From: Octopus bimaculoides
Taxonomy: Eukaryota
NCBI RefSeq assembly: GCF_001194135.2
Contig: NC_068997.1
Coordinates: forward strand, 1,587,458-1,651,457
Direction of reading: 5' to 3'
Length of the DNA stretch: 64,000 bases
In this document: in pieces, positions 40,440 through 53,900 of the stretch
How the letters are laid out: every line of letters starts with the position of its first letter
How positions within the stretch are numbered: the first letter of the stretch is position 1
The notes under the pieces: model-generated
What the model was told of the DNA's origin: nothing
Databases searched by the model: none
The model's input: the letters and a program-made list of their open reading frames with translations, nothing else
Translations under genes and position numbers: made by a program

Positions 40440-40725
40440 AGTAGAAACAATGGGTACGGAAGATAGAGTATACTGGAAACTTTATTTATCACAACAGTCG
40501 TTTCGACACATCCTGCTCTTTTGTCGGTGAGAATCTAAACAATAAATTACAGAGCGCCTCACAGTGCAGAATCGTCAACCGAAGAGATGCTTCTGCACTG
40601 TAGGGTGCGCTGTAATTCATTCTATAGTTTCCACCCACGAGGGAGCGGTGCAGGATGTCGAAACGATCGTTGTGAGCAATAAAGTTTCCAGTATACTTTA
40701 TCTTCCGTGCCCATTGTTTCTACTG
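40440..40725. mobile_element. Fold-back MITE, probably Tc1/mariner-derived
   Basis: Outer arms 40440-40516 and 40650-40724; inner arms 40545-40571 and 40591-40617; right end CTACTG|TA. Confidence 0.8.
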
Positions 40726-41521
40726 TACTCAACGTGCACTGAGGAATTCCTGACGTAGATCAAGCGACGATTGCGCAATGACCGTGGATGACGACAAGTA
40801 GCCATAGGCACTGAATGTGCTTTGTCGTCACACTACTAGGGACATAGTCAAAACGGAGTTTAATTTTCAAATTTAATTGCAAACTTTAATTTTAACCTAT
40901 TCTATATTTTATGTATGTGTGTGTGTGTGCGAGCGTGTGAGGAGTGTCCACGTGAGTGTGTATTTGAGTATTTGTTTGCATGTGTTTGAATGTGTGCATT
41001 TATGTGTATAAGTGTGCATGTGTAAATTATTCTCTGTGTGCATTTATGAATATGAATATGTAGGTGTATCTTCAAATTTCAGATACTATTTGTCCAATTG
41101 ATGAGGAAAGTATGACTGCGGTGAAAATAATCTCCGTAGAAAGTTATAATGGAAGTAAAATCTGGAAATCAAGTTTAGTAGAGCAACTAGAAATAAAAGA
41201 CAACGATAGAAAGCCCATTCTTCTCTTTTCAGTTTTTCTCCTTTCTTTTGGAAATATAAACAATTTCCACAATTTAACTCTACTCTATTGACATCACCAA
41301 TATTTTCTACGCAAAATCGCTAAGAACGGGAAAAGTCTCTTTTCCTACCACGTTTCTCCGTAGAAATTACCCAAAATAACAAATGATTATGATTATAACA
41401 CTAACACCGCAATCATCAACAATCGTAGCAACAATAATAATGATAGCAATAAAAATAATATTAGTAATAATGACGATAATGAGTGCAAATAGTAGTAGCA
41501 GTAATAAGGATACTACTACTA

Positions 41522-41603
<82 letters not shown>

Positions 41604-41614
41604 TATTATTATTA

Positions 41615-41770
41615 TCCTTTCTGCTATAGGCACTAGGACAGCAATTTCGAGGAAGGGGTAAGCCGGTTTCATTGACACCAGTACTCAACTGGTACTTGTT
41701 TTATCGACCCCCAAAACATGAAATGTAAAGTCGATCTCTGTGGAATTTGGACTTGTGGCGAAAAGAATCG
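41615..41770 (-). mobile_element. Family A SINE embedded in (AAC)n(AAT)n
   Basis: Flanked by trinucleotide runs 41510-41613 and 41777-41850. Confidence 0.8.
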
Positions 41771-41795
41771 GTATCATAATAATAAAAATTAAAAA

Positions 41796-41852
<57 letters not shown>

Positions 41853-42996
41853 TCTTTTATTTGCCACAGGGGGCATTAAGATGACGGGGGACAACATTGC
41901 AGACAATAAGGAAAAATTGAGTAGTTTCAGTAAGAATAAATGGTAGAAAAGTGTTGCGTAAGTCTCATTGAGGAATTTAAAATTATTTTCTTTCTTTTTC
42001 GTTCAGAATGCTGCTGTTAAAAGTTCAAAGTTGGCAATTTGGCAACGATGGACTTGGATTGCATGCGGAGAGAATAAGGCGATCTGCTGCCTGAAGCTTG
42101 GAAGTCTGAATAGCTATTGAAGCAAGCTATCAGGCGCCACAAAGAAAAGTGTTCAAACTACGCTGTTAATAGTTTTACTTGGCATTCTTCATGTCTTCGA
42201 TTTAACAAGCGGCAATCAAAGAGAAAAGGAACGAGAGAAAAAGTTGTATTGAAATATGTCTCAATACTTCATTTGAGATGGGGAAACATCGAGTGAATGG
42301 TTCGCGTGCGAGCAGAGTTTCCAATAACTCATGCGCAATTTGCTTGATTTTTGTTTCATCCATTCGTTCGTTCTTTCTGTGTCTGTACATGTTAAAACAC
42401 ACATACATGCACACTCATATACACAGACCTACATGATCACAGACGTATATTTAGTTAGTTATATATAGATATACAAACAGGGCGCAAACATCNNNNNNNN
42501 NNNNNNNNNNNNNNNNNNNNNNNNNNNNNNNNNNNNNNNNNNNNNNNNNNNNNNNNNNNNNNNNNNNNNNNNNNNNNNNNNNNNNNNNNNNNNNNNNNNN
42601 NNNNNNNNNNNNNNNNNNNNNNNNNNNNNNNNNNNNNNNNNNNNNNNNNNNNNNNNNNNNNNNNNNNNNNNNNNNNNNNNNNNNNNNNNNNNNNNNNNNN
42701 NNNNNNNNNNNNNNNNNNNNNNNNNNNNNNNNNNNNNNNNNNNNNNNNNNNNNNNNNNNNNNNNNNNNNNNNNNNNNNNNNNNNNNNNNNNNNNNNNNNN
42801 NNNNNNNNNNNNNNNNNNNNNNNNNNNNNNNNNNNNNNNNNNNNNNNNNNNNNNNNNNNNNNNNNNNNNNNNNNNNNNNNNNNNNNNNNNNNNNNNNNNN
42901 NNNNNNNNNNNNNNNNNNNNNNNNNNNNNNNNNNNNNNNNNNNNNNNNNNNNNNNNNNNNNNNNNNNNNNNNNNNNNNNNNNNNNNNNNNNNNNNN

Positions 42997-43034
<38 letters not shown>

Positions 43035-43529
43035 CTATGTTATCGCAGTATACAAATGTAATCTGTACAAACGTGTGTGTAGATGAGATACCTTTTTGAC
43101 TTCCGTTATTTCCATCTGTACATGTTTTTCACTTTCATGTGCACATATACACCCATATAAGTATAGACATACATATATATTCACATTAGATACATGCACG
43201 TGTGTGAGCGTGAGCGCATATACACGCACATATATATCATACACACACAGAGACACCCATGCAAGTAGTTGCATATATTGACGAAAGGTTTTTAAGAAAA
43301 CCAGAATGATGCGGTGGCCTCAATGCTGGCCAGCTTCTACACGGTGTAAGTTGTGCTGTTGTAGATACAAATTACATGGCTGTCTAACACATACCATTGC
43401 ACACATATGTCATTTGGCTATGTGTGTGTATGTGTGTGTATGTGAGTGTGTGTGTGTGCGTGTGTGTGCGTGCGTGCATGTGCGTGTGTCTGTATTTGTC
43501 GTGGGTTACGTTTAACTGCATCTTGTAGC

Positions 43530-43800
43530 AAAGGGAGGATCAGTTTCGAGGATTTTGGAGGTACGGGGAGCGTGGAGACATCTCTTGTTTACCATCACTT
43601 CTAGGTTCTCTCTGACGCAGAATGGTAGCATCTGTCAGGGGCACATGGATGTGTTAAAAAGATTTCCCAAAAGCAGAGCAGGCTTCCTTTATCTTTGACG
43701 GAGCCGCTAGGAAGGCAACTCTTCTAGGACAAAGATAATCTAACATCAAACTTTTAGTCAAAATGGTAGCAGTCCTCTTGCAATGCTTGACACTGCAACC
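43530..43800 (+). mobile_element. Interspersed repeat related to 1372-1690
   Basis: TGGTAGCATCTGTCAGGG and GGCAACTCTTCTAGGACAAAGATAATC blocks. Confidence 0.35.
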
Positions 43801-43960
43801 GACAATGGTAACGCTGAGAGTGGCGCAAGAGTTGTACAGGCTTTTCCCACTTAACTCGAATGCCGTGAAAATGTGTCACTGTCATTTCATTTCTCCATTC
43901 GTGCTGTAACTTTTAAAGTCCTATATATATAATGTGTGTGTGTGTGTGTGTGTGTGTGAA

Positions 43961-44110
43961 GGCGCATGGCTCAGTGGTTAGTTCGTCGAGCTAACGATCG
44001 TGAGGTTGTGAGTTCGAATCCCAGATCGGGATGTGTGTTGTGTTCTTGACCAAGACGCATTATTTCACGTTGTCCCAGTTCACTCAGCTGTAGAAATGAG
44101 TTGCGACGTC
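43961..44110 (+). mobile_element. tRNA-derived SINE head with CORE-like domain (not a tRNA gene)
   Basis: A box TGGCTCAGTGG 43967-43977, B box GTTCGAATCC 44012-44021, then TTCTTGACCAAGAC...CAGCTGTAGAAATGAG; cut by a gap. Confidence 0.8.
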
Positions 44111-44512
44111 NNNNNNNNNNNNNNNNNNNNNNNNNNNNNNNNNNNNNNNNNNNNNNNNNNNNNNNNNNNNNNNNNNNNNNNNNNNNNNNNNNNNNNNNNN
44201 NNNNNNNNNNNNNNNNNNNNNNNNNNNNNNNNNNNNNNNNNNNNNNNNNNNNNNNNNNNNNNNNNNNNNNNNNNNNNNNNNNNNNNNNNNNNNNNNNNNN
44301 NNNNNNNNNNNNNNNNNNNNNNNNNNNNNNNNNNNNNNNNNNNNNNNNNNNNNNNNNNNNNNNNNNNNNNNNNNNNNNNTATATATATATATATATATAT
44401 ATATGCATATATGGCTACAGGACGTCACCAACTGTGTAAACAACACGAAGTACGAAAACAAACAAGTTAAATACACTGTTTATCTACTCCTCATTTCGAG
44501 CATTCAAAGACA

Positions 44513-44835
44513 ATATGAGTCTTCGAAAACAGTTGCTCCCATCAATTCCCGAATACAATTGTGTATTTATAGAGGGTTAAAATTGAGAACAAAAGCAGGC
44601 AAGTGGCGACATACATGGAAACCGAACGAATATAAACATGTAGGGTCGCTAAACAAAAACGAGAAGAAAATAGTGAACGCTGGGGAAATTTTTTTCTTTG
44701 TAAAATGAAAACATAGAAGTGAGAGATAGAAGACGTCCAGTTCTTACAACGTTGTGCAGGGAAAGAAAGATGGTCACGTGAGGAAAAGAAAGATGGTCGA
44801 TGGTTACGTGTGAGAAGCGAGAGAAAGAAAAAGAG

Positions 44836-44870
<35 letters not shown>

Positions 44871-45100
44871 GCAGAAAACGGTGAAATCTCTCTCTTCTAT
44901 GTTTTCTCTTTTCAAAGAAAAGGTTTCTCCCAGCGCTCACTATTTTCCCCTCGTTCTGGTCTAATGACCCTCCATGTTTGTTTTCGTTCGGCTTCCTTGT
45001 ATGTCTGGACTGTCCTCTTTTTGTTCCCAACTTTAACCCTCCATAAATCCAAAATTTTATTTGGAAATTTATGGGAGCAACTGTCTTCGAAAACTCATAT
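44513..45100. mobile_element. Long fold-back element, 215-bp inverted arms
   Basis: 44513-44727 is the diverged reverse complement of 44886-45100 (e.g. CAGTTGCTCCCAT / ATGGGAGCAACTG); purine-rich centre. Confidence 0.85.
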
Positions 45101-45825
45101 ATATATATAAAGACTACCATACATTCCAAATTAACCAAAAGCATTGCGTAGTGATCAATGAATTAATTAACCCCCTTATCAACCTAATCCCAACACTGAA
45201 AATTGAACAATTTTATACAATATATTAGCTATAACCGGTTACTAATATCTCGGGGGTGGGGGAGACAAGACGAATACTGTTTCACTGATGAAGGTTTAAG
45301 AAAACTGGCAACCGTTTGAGGCGAATCTTTAATTTACGCCAGCAAAAAGATTAGAAACTGATCTGAATTTACTTGCTAAGCTTTCTGTGTAGGTTAAAAG
45401 TTTGTTTGATTGAAAGGGTTTTTGATTATATTCCATAGACAGTCACGCATCCATTCACACACATACGTGTATGTGCTTGTTAGTAACGAGCAGCACATGA
45501 GCATTACTAGTAATAAATCTTAACAAATATTTACCTGTTTCTACCTCAGAAAACAGCTCAACTTTTATTCTTACACAGGTTCCACAGCGATTGCTTCTGT
45601 TACGGAATAAATCTGTTAGAATGATTGGGACACAGTCATCAATGTATTGACTCGGAAAATTACTCCACCGAAAGCATATTGATTTCATGTTTGTACCTCT
45701 TCATCAGCTTAGCCAAATAGACGAATACGTATATGCATAAATGGAAATATGCATGCATATGTACACATGTACATAACTGTATACAAGCATATATCAAATA
45801 AATGCAGCAACATACTGTCACTCAA

Positions 45826-46045
45826 CCAGTTGCGACGATGAGGGTTCTAATTGATCCGATCAACGTAACAACCTCCTTTTGAATTTAGCGTGCAAGTAGC
45901 TGAGCACTCCACTATCTGCGTACCTTTCACGTAATTCTCAGGGAGATTCAACATGGCACAGTAGGTGACAAAGCTGGTAATTTGAAATACTTACACTACT
46001 CATTTTTGTCAGTTGGGTGCGCTGGAACAACGTGAAATAAAGCTT
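45826..46045 (-). mobile_element. CORE-type SINE 3' half
   Basis: TTGATCCGATCAAC...GCTGAGCACTCC...GGAACAACGTGAAATAAAG; last block complements the CORE-like segment at 44060. Confidence 0.6.
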
Positions 46046-46339
46046 ACAACTTTACGAATACAACAAACATATATAAAATAAATACATCAATACACATATG
46101 TATTTAACATACATATGCATTTAATACGGATAATTCAACCAATTACAAAAAAGTGAGGTGGAAGCATCTTGCATGACTAATACATTCCTCGAAGAACCCT
46201 TACGTCCTGGTGACTCGGTGAACACTGGGCGGAGAAGCACTCTGCATAACACAAAATATGTTTATGCAAGGACATGTTTCCTGTAAACACGAGAAGGATG
46301 ATAATTCTAACGTGAAGTGTAGTCTGTTTTGAAATCGTA

Positions 46340-46850
46340 GCTGTTACATTATGCCACATTTTCAAGGTTATACCTTTATAATCTAAGAGAAGGACATAGC
46401 TACACAATAATAAACAAAGTAGATAGTGCAGCCCTTAATCGCCCAATCTGAAATATGCCCTGTGGAGAACATGACACACGTAATCAGTAGGTGTTCCGAA
46501 ATGCCATCGGGTTCTATTTCCAATGTTATATGACACTTTTGGTAGAACAATATGCAATGCCATCTGTGGGAAACGTTGCCCTGGGATAAGTATAAACAAC
46601 ATCTCTGCTATGGAATACATACCTGTTAGTGCAAGGAATAAAGGTCGAACAACATTCACATCAAAACATCAAAACATCTATCAAGTTTAAACATGCATAA
46701 TCAGAGAGGCGAGAGGTCTTGCTGATGTGAACTTCTCTTCCAAAGTCAACGATAAAAATATTTATGTAGAACTGATTCGAAACCTGCAGCTCCTTGATTC
46801 ACGTATAAAGCGATAATTATTTGTGCTATTGGTTACGTCAATAAATGTCT
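46340..46850 (+). mobile_element. R4/Dong-like RLE non-LTR retrotransposon relic
   Basis: PHFQGYTF.., ENMTHVISRCSEM (zinc knuckle), TICNAICGK, ADVNFSSKVNDKNIYVELIRNLQLL, AIGYV; many disruptions. Confidence 0.55.
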
Positions 46851-47273
46851 AAGTGACGATGTTCTATGAACTAAGAAAAGCGCCAGCTAACATACATTGC
46901 AATTAAAATCTATAAGTGAAACAGAAAAAATATGCAGAAATTAGCGGTTCAGCAAAAGAGAGGGAGAGATTAAGTACTTGGCTTTAAAAAAAAGTAAGTA
47001 CAGGAATCAACTCACTCGACTAAAAAGTACTTCAATGCGGTGCCCCAGCATGGTCGCAATCTAATGAATGAAACAATTAAAAGACAAAAGATGTAACAAT
47101 TATCGTTGTTCCAATTCACGTTGCAGCGGTGAAGCTTTTGCTTATAATTCTTCCTACTGTTAAGAAGAATTATTTTAAAAAAGTAGTTAAGATACACATG
47201 TAAGATATGCACATGTGCATGTACATTTGTAGTAGCAATTTTTGTGTGTGTGCGTACATTTATGAACACACAC

Positions 47274-47320
<47 letters not shown>

Positions 47321-48174
47321 NNNNNNNNNNNNNNNNNNNNNNNNNNNNNNNNNNNNNNNNNNNNNNNNNNNNNNNNNNNNNNNNNNNNNNNNNNNNNNNN
47401 NNNNNNNNNNNNNNNNNNNNNNNNNNNNNNNNNNNNNNNNNNNNNNNNNNNNNNNNNNNNNNNNNNNNNNNNNNNNNNNNNNNNNNNNNNNNNNNNNNNN
47501 NNNNNNNNNNNNNNNNNNNNNNNNNNNNNNNNNNNNNNNNNNNNNNNNNNNNNNNNNNNNNNNNNNNNNNNNNNNNNNNNNNNNNNNNNNNNNNNNNNNN
47601 NNNNNNNNNNNNNNNNNNNNNNNNNNNNNNNNNNNNNNNNNNNNNNNNNNNNNNNNNNNNNNNNNNNNNNNNNNNNNNNNNNNNNNNNNNNNNNNNNNNN
47701 NNNNNNNNNNNNNNNNNNNNNNNNNNNNNNNNNNNNNNNNNNNNNNNNNNNNNNNNNNNNNNNNNNNNNNNNNNNNNNNNNNNNNNNNNNNNNNNNNNNN
47801 NNNNNNNNNNNNNNNNNNNNNNNNNNNNNNNNNNNNNNNNNNNNNNNNNNNNNNNNNNNNNNNNNNNNNNNNNNNNNNNNNNNNNNNNNNNNNNNNNNNN
47901 NNNNNNNNNNNNNNNNNNNNNNNNNNNNNNNNNNNNNNNNNNNNNNNNNNNNNNNNNNNNNNNNNNNNNNNNNNNNNNNNNNNNNNNNNNNNNNNNNNNN
48001 NNNNNNNNNNNNNNNNNNNNNNNNNNNNNNNNNNNNNNNNNNNNNNNNNNNNNNNNNNNNNNNNNNNNNNNNNNNNNNNNNNNNNNNNNNNNNNNNNNNN
48101 NNNNNNNNNNNNNNNNNNNNNNNNNNNNNNNNNNNNNNNNNNNNNNNNNNNNNNNNNNNNNNNNNNNNNNNNNN
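47321..48174. other. Largest assembly gap; others at 3057-3212, 15665-15973, 23594-23679, 27460-27559, 35721-36027, 42493-42996, 44111-44379, 52301-52402, 62635-62747, 63385-63394
   Basis: N runs, mostly bordered by (TA)n or (CA)n. Confidence 0.99.
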
Positions 48175-48223
<49 letters not shown>

Positions 48224-48896
48224 TGAGTGGGAATAAATGACAGTGAGAGTGTGTGCACTCACAGACCTAAGACAGTAAGAGCTGATGATATGCTATATTG
48301 TTTACCTATTATTAAATTATTTGCTGCCCAAGTATAATAGTAACTTCATGAAGTCGCTCAGTAATGATGAAGTATCGCCCGTCACTGGGATAAATATCTC
48401 ACAAACGATATCAGGTCTATGCCAATATTAATATCGCCATTTATTTTGACGCTTCTAACCTGTTCTGATATTTAGTATACTATGATACATAGAATTCATT
48501 AAAATTTTAGCGAAATGGAATATACTGCACTCTAAATTCTCGTCAACGAAGTAGTTCTGTTGCTTTATAAGATATTCAATTGAATATGTAAAGAACTAGA
48601 AAAATATAAGACCCATAGATACGAGTACTGCTTTTCCTTAAATGTAAAATGAAAAAGAAAAAAGAGAAAAGGAGCGTTATTAAACTGTGAAAACGTTAAT
48701 GACCGCTTGAATGGAATGGATTATTGTTAATGTTTCATTATAATTAGGGGCCAGCCGTTGAGCAGCAGTTTAGTGCATAAGATGTTATCGTGATGGCGCT
48801 AGCTTATATAAAGATCCCAATATTTTTTTGTTGCACACGAAAATGTCTATCCACATTCAAAATCATAAACGTGACATTACAAGTAAATGATGAATT

Positions 48897-48938
<42 letters not shown>

Positions 48939-49134
48939 GAGAGAGAGTGTGTGTGGTGCGTGTGTATATGTATGTATTCGTGTGTATGTGCTATCACCGG
49001 TGTTGGTATGTTGATACCCTTTTACTTAATGATTAGACTTTAAAAAATATACAAGGGTCAGATTCTTCGACTAAAACTTTCAAAGCAGTGTTGCAGCATG
49101 GCTGCTGTCCAATGAATGTAAAAAGTAAAAGATA

Positions 49135-49281
49135 AATGTATATGAAGCCTGCATCCGAAGGACATGATTTCGGGTTCAGTCCCACTGCGTGGCACCTTCG
49201 GTGAGTGTCTTTTACTATAGCCGCGGGCTGACCAAAGCCTTTTTAGTGGATTAAGTAGACGGAAAGTGAAAGAAGCCCGTC

Positions 49282-49353
<72 letters not shown>

Positions 49354-49636
49354 GGATATATGTGCATATATGTATTTATATATATATATGTATGTATTTG
49401 TGTGTGTGTGTTTTTGTGTCTGTGTTTGGCCCTCCACCATCGCTTGACAACTGATATTAGTGTGTTTCTATCCCCAAGACTTAGCGGTTCGGCAAAGTAA
49501 ACCCGTAGAATAAGTACTAGGCTTACAAAGAATGAGTCCTAGGGTCATTTTCTTCGACCAAAACTATTTAAGGGGGTGCTCCAGTATGGCCGAAGTCAGA
49601 TGATTGAAACAAGTAAAAGAATAAAAAATAAAAGAG
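49135..49636 (+). mobile_element. Composite family B SINE, near complete, with internal (TA)n(TG)n
   Basis: GGGTTCAGTCCCACTGCGTGGCACC head, AGAAGCCCGTCG-(TA)n, tail ending GAAACAAGTAAAAGAATAAA; extra tails at 47010-47090 and 48980-49130. Confidence 0.85.
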
Positions 49637-50922
49637 TATATATGTGTGTGCGTGAGAGAGAGAGCGAGAGAGAGTGAGAGAGAGAGTGAGAGAGTGAAAG
49701 AGAGAGAGAGATTGAGAGAGAGAGTGAGAGAGAGTGAGAGAGAGCGTGTGTGTGCGTGCGTGTGTGTGTATGTGCATGCACGTGCAAATATATTTATGGG
49801 AGAAAATAAGCCAACAAAAGTGTGTTAGACTTTCTGCTTTCATAGGTAAAAACATATATGTAGATTGCAATATGGGAGACATAGGCATGGTATCTACGCA
49901 GATGACTTACCAGACAGACAGACAGGCAGACAGACAGTCAGACAGACAGGCAGACAGACAGGCAGACAGACAGACACACACACACACACACATACACACA
50001 CACACACACACACACATGCACACTCACACACACTCACACACAAATACACACATACACACACGCAAACAGACGTAAAAGTTTTTATTGTTTGGCTCCAGGT
50101 CATCCAAAATAGACCGGCCAGAGATCAAAGGATTTAAATCAATAAATATCTATATAGCATCCACATGTCCTTCCTTCTCTTCCTGTCTTGATATGAATGA
50201 AATTTGACTGCTATTTCTAAAAGTTCAACCGAGCAACGATACACACAAAATCCTTCGCTGTATATCCTACATGAATAATAAAAGGAAACGTGTTTAAACT
50301 TATTCAGAAAATATTACTGATTTCCTACATTCATAGAAGATCTGAAAACTGTAGTAGTTAGAAGTCATACCATTAGCCGTTTATATAATCTAAGGGAAGA
50401 AGAGTCAAATACAAAATGGCCGAAACCAATATTATTTCTTTTTGATATTCAGTCACGTCCCACTCTATCCTACATCTGATATAACAACCGCCAGGCACTC
50501 TAGCCTTACCTCCCACAGACAATAGCAAAATTGTGTCAACCCACATTACAAAAAGTAGGTCGACCACATTTAAATTGTGCATCTATAAGCACTTTGCACA
50601 TGCATTATATATATATATTTTAATGTGAGTGCGGGTGTGTTGTGTGTGTGTGTGTGTGTGTGCGTGTGGTCTGTGTGTGAGTGTGTGTGTGTGCGTGCGA
50701 TAAACTTGCGTACATATATATAATGTATGAATGATTACATGGAGTTTATACATATATATGATAAACAGGCACATACACGCACATACACTCACACACAAAC
50801 ACACACACACGCACACATATATACATATATTTATATATATGATAAACAGGCATATGCATATACATATACATACACACACGTATATATACATACACACGCA
50901 TATATGTATATGTATACATATG

Positions 50923-50961
<39 letters not shown>

Positions 50962-53900
50962 ATGTAAGTGGGTGTGAGTTTGTGAGTGATAAACAGGCAT
51001 GTACATATACATATATTACACACGCACACACACACATATATATATACGGATATTTATATATATATATATATACATACATAATATATATATATATATATAA
51101 CAGACTTAAATATATTTATAAATGTCATTCATCCACAACAAGATACGCATGTTGTGGATGAACGAACAATTGTGAGACGGTTTTCCAAATTAGTAAAGTT
51201 GCTTCTTTTTCTCTTCGGTAATTCTATTTTGACTTAGTAAGTTCTGTTGAATATGTAAGCAATTTCCTCTCCTCTATTTACTGATACAAAAACACTCATA
51301 TATATTATGGATACAATAAAGGAAGCACACTTCCTGCAGAATGACAATTACTTTTCTTATTTCAATAAACTACTGGAAAGACCGCCTTTCGAGTGGCTTT
51401 CTCTGAATTTATTTACGGTGTGTGTGTGTGTTTGCGTGTGCGTGTACGTGTGCATAGTTGCGTGCTTTAGTAGTTAGGAAGTACCGAGCGATGAGTTGTT
51501 CTTGAGCCAATCCCTTCATTGTATGATGCTTAAGTCCACTCAGCTGGCAAAAATGAGAAATCTTTCGCCAGACAGTCCACAATCCGAAACCAGGACTCGT
51601 GACCCTTTACCACGGGAGGGAATTTTGCTTCTATACATATATACACATATATATTTATAAATATATATATGTTTACATACCTTCTTAAACGTACATATAT
51701 ACAAACACCCATTTTCACGCAGTCCCTTTCGTGTTTGCCTACTATATACAGGACTGGACAAAAGCCACCGGACACTAAATCAAAATTCCATAAATATTAT
51801 CTGAAATTCTATTTTGACTCGAATGACAAAATGTGTCACTCAAGGACTTCAGTTTGAACAATTTTCATGATGTTTCATATTTAGATGCTTTTATTAAATT
51901 CATTCAGTTGTTAAACATAAAGAAATCTTAAAATTAAATGCCTTTGATTTACTGTCAAGTGACTTTTGGCCAGCTTTGTGTGTGTATATATATATATATA
52001 CATATATAGTATTAATAATTTTTTTTATATACATGCATATATACATACGTATGTGTACTTATTTACATCTATACGTATGCATATATGCATATGTGCGCAC
52101 AGGACGTCATGAAATGCGTACAACAAAAAAGTACGAATCACGAGTGCATGGAGCAAGAACTATTTTTTCGAACAACGGAAGACACAGACGGAAAACAAAA
52201 CAAACAGCATAAATAACGGCTCTTCATCTGTTGTTGGCTGTTTTTCTAGTCTCGTATTTCAAGCATTTAACTAATATATATATATATATATATATATATA
52301 NNNNNNNNNNNNNNNNNNNNNNNNNNNNNNNNNNNNNNNNNNNNNNNNNNNNNNNNNNNNNNNNNNNNNNNNNNNNNNNNNNNNNNNNNNNNNNNNNNNN
52401 NNAGAGAGAGAGGGAGAGAGAGCGGGGGGGGGGGCGTGTAAGAAAATTCAAATTTAAAATTTGGGAAATCATTGTATAACATTTAATAATTTTACAGAAT
52501 TTCAAGAAAAAATTGGTATTCATAAAATTGTGTAATTTTATGATATATTTCTTTTAATGGATTCACTCAATGGGTGTTTGAATAACACAGCTGGGCGATG
52601 GATGTCTGAAAGCGTGTATCATGATATCACTCTGCAGACGTTGCCACAACGATCGAGAGCCGCGGTTGTAATGATACAGGTCACCGGTTCTAAAGTCAGG
52701 TCACAACATCCACAGCACCAAAGTGGTCTTGTTAATGGCAGGGTGTAGTAGTTGTTGTAAGGAAACATTTTAACAATATTTAAATGATACAGCTCAGTGG
52801 CGATTATAGTTGGGCAGTTTTTTTCTCTATGCAATATTAGTTGTATTGAAACATAAGTAACTGTTATAATCACACTTTTCAGCTATGGTTGTAATGAAAT
52901 AAAGTAGTGGTGGTTGCAGAACATAACCTGGTCGTGATCGTACGAATGTCTTTACTTGCTGAAATGCCAATATTCTTACAATGAAAACCACCAAGTAATG
53001 AGAAAGCTGATTCGAACACTTGTATCTTTATCGGGGAGTCTGAATTGCAAGCCGGCTTTTCTCTGTTTGTGGGGTTTCTACCCAGTTTATTTTAACTGCT
53101 ACAATCAGATTTATTCTAACATCGTTAAAAGGCACTGATTGACGATGTTTGAAGGTTTATATTATATACTATGTCAACTTCTATACCGGAAAATACGCTA
53201 TGTAGATTCGGAAGGCTGTAGCTATAAAACAGCAAGGACATATTTCTATAATATATTTCACAAATGTTATTGACTGCTTGAGTTATTTGCTGTAGACTGT
53301 AAAAAACACATACACATATTCACACATGTGAGTGTATTTTTGTAGAAAACTGCCTATCAGTAATGGAAGTATTATATATGTTTAGAAGGAAGTCCATGTC
53401 TTTTAACAATGCAATAGCTTGCTCATAATCGTTGTACAGCATAGTTATGTCAGATAAGAGAAACGGATCACATAGTAAGATATTACCAAGAAGACTTTTT
53501 ATTTGTTTTGTAGCAAATTCGTAAATCGTGTTTGAAGCGATCATGAGTAAGTTATTGTGAAAGTATGATTTTTTTTCTTTTTCTTTCTTGTCTTTTCTGT
53601 TACAGCCTCTTATTTCATGGTGAGAATTGTTTTTAAAAATAAAGAGGCAGAAAGAAGGAGGAAAAAGCAAAACAAATTATAGTTTCTCCGTTGCTGTATT
53701 TGCTAGATGACGTCGATTGCGTCCATACATATCCAATCCAAGCTAGCATACAAAAACATACTTAAAAGAATGTTGTCATTAATAATGATGATGGTGATGA
53801 CAAATAAGATGCCTAATGAACAAAAAAAAAAACATAAAAATTAGCGAAACCTAAATGATCGAAGGTTTTTTTGTTTTTGAATAAATTGTTTGGAGAAGAA

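Noticed and set aside
42006-42120. Strong acceptor (TTTCTTTTTCGTTCAG) followed by short ORFs
   Set aside because: All frames stop within 38 codons, there is no donor and no recognisable homology.
43961-44035. Possible tRNA gene
   Set aside because: A and B boxes are present but the acceptor stem does not pair well, and it runs into a SINE CORE-like body.
46435-46659. Protein-looking minus-strand ORF (74 aa)
   Set aside because: It is the antisense of the plus-strand R4/Dong-like relic.
47012-48262. Longest ORFs in the track (330-416 aa) and other X-containing ORFs
   Set aside because: They span N gaps and (TA)n; the length is an artefact.
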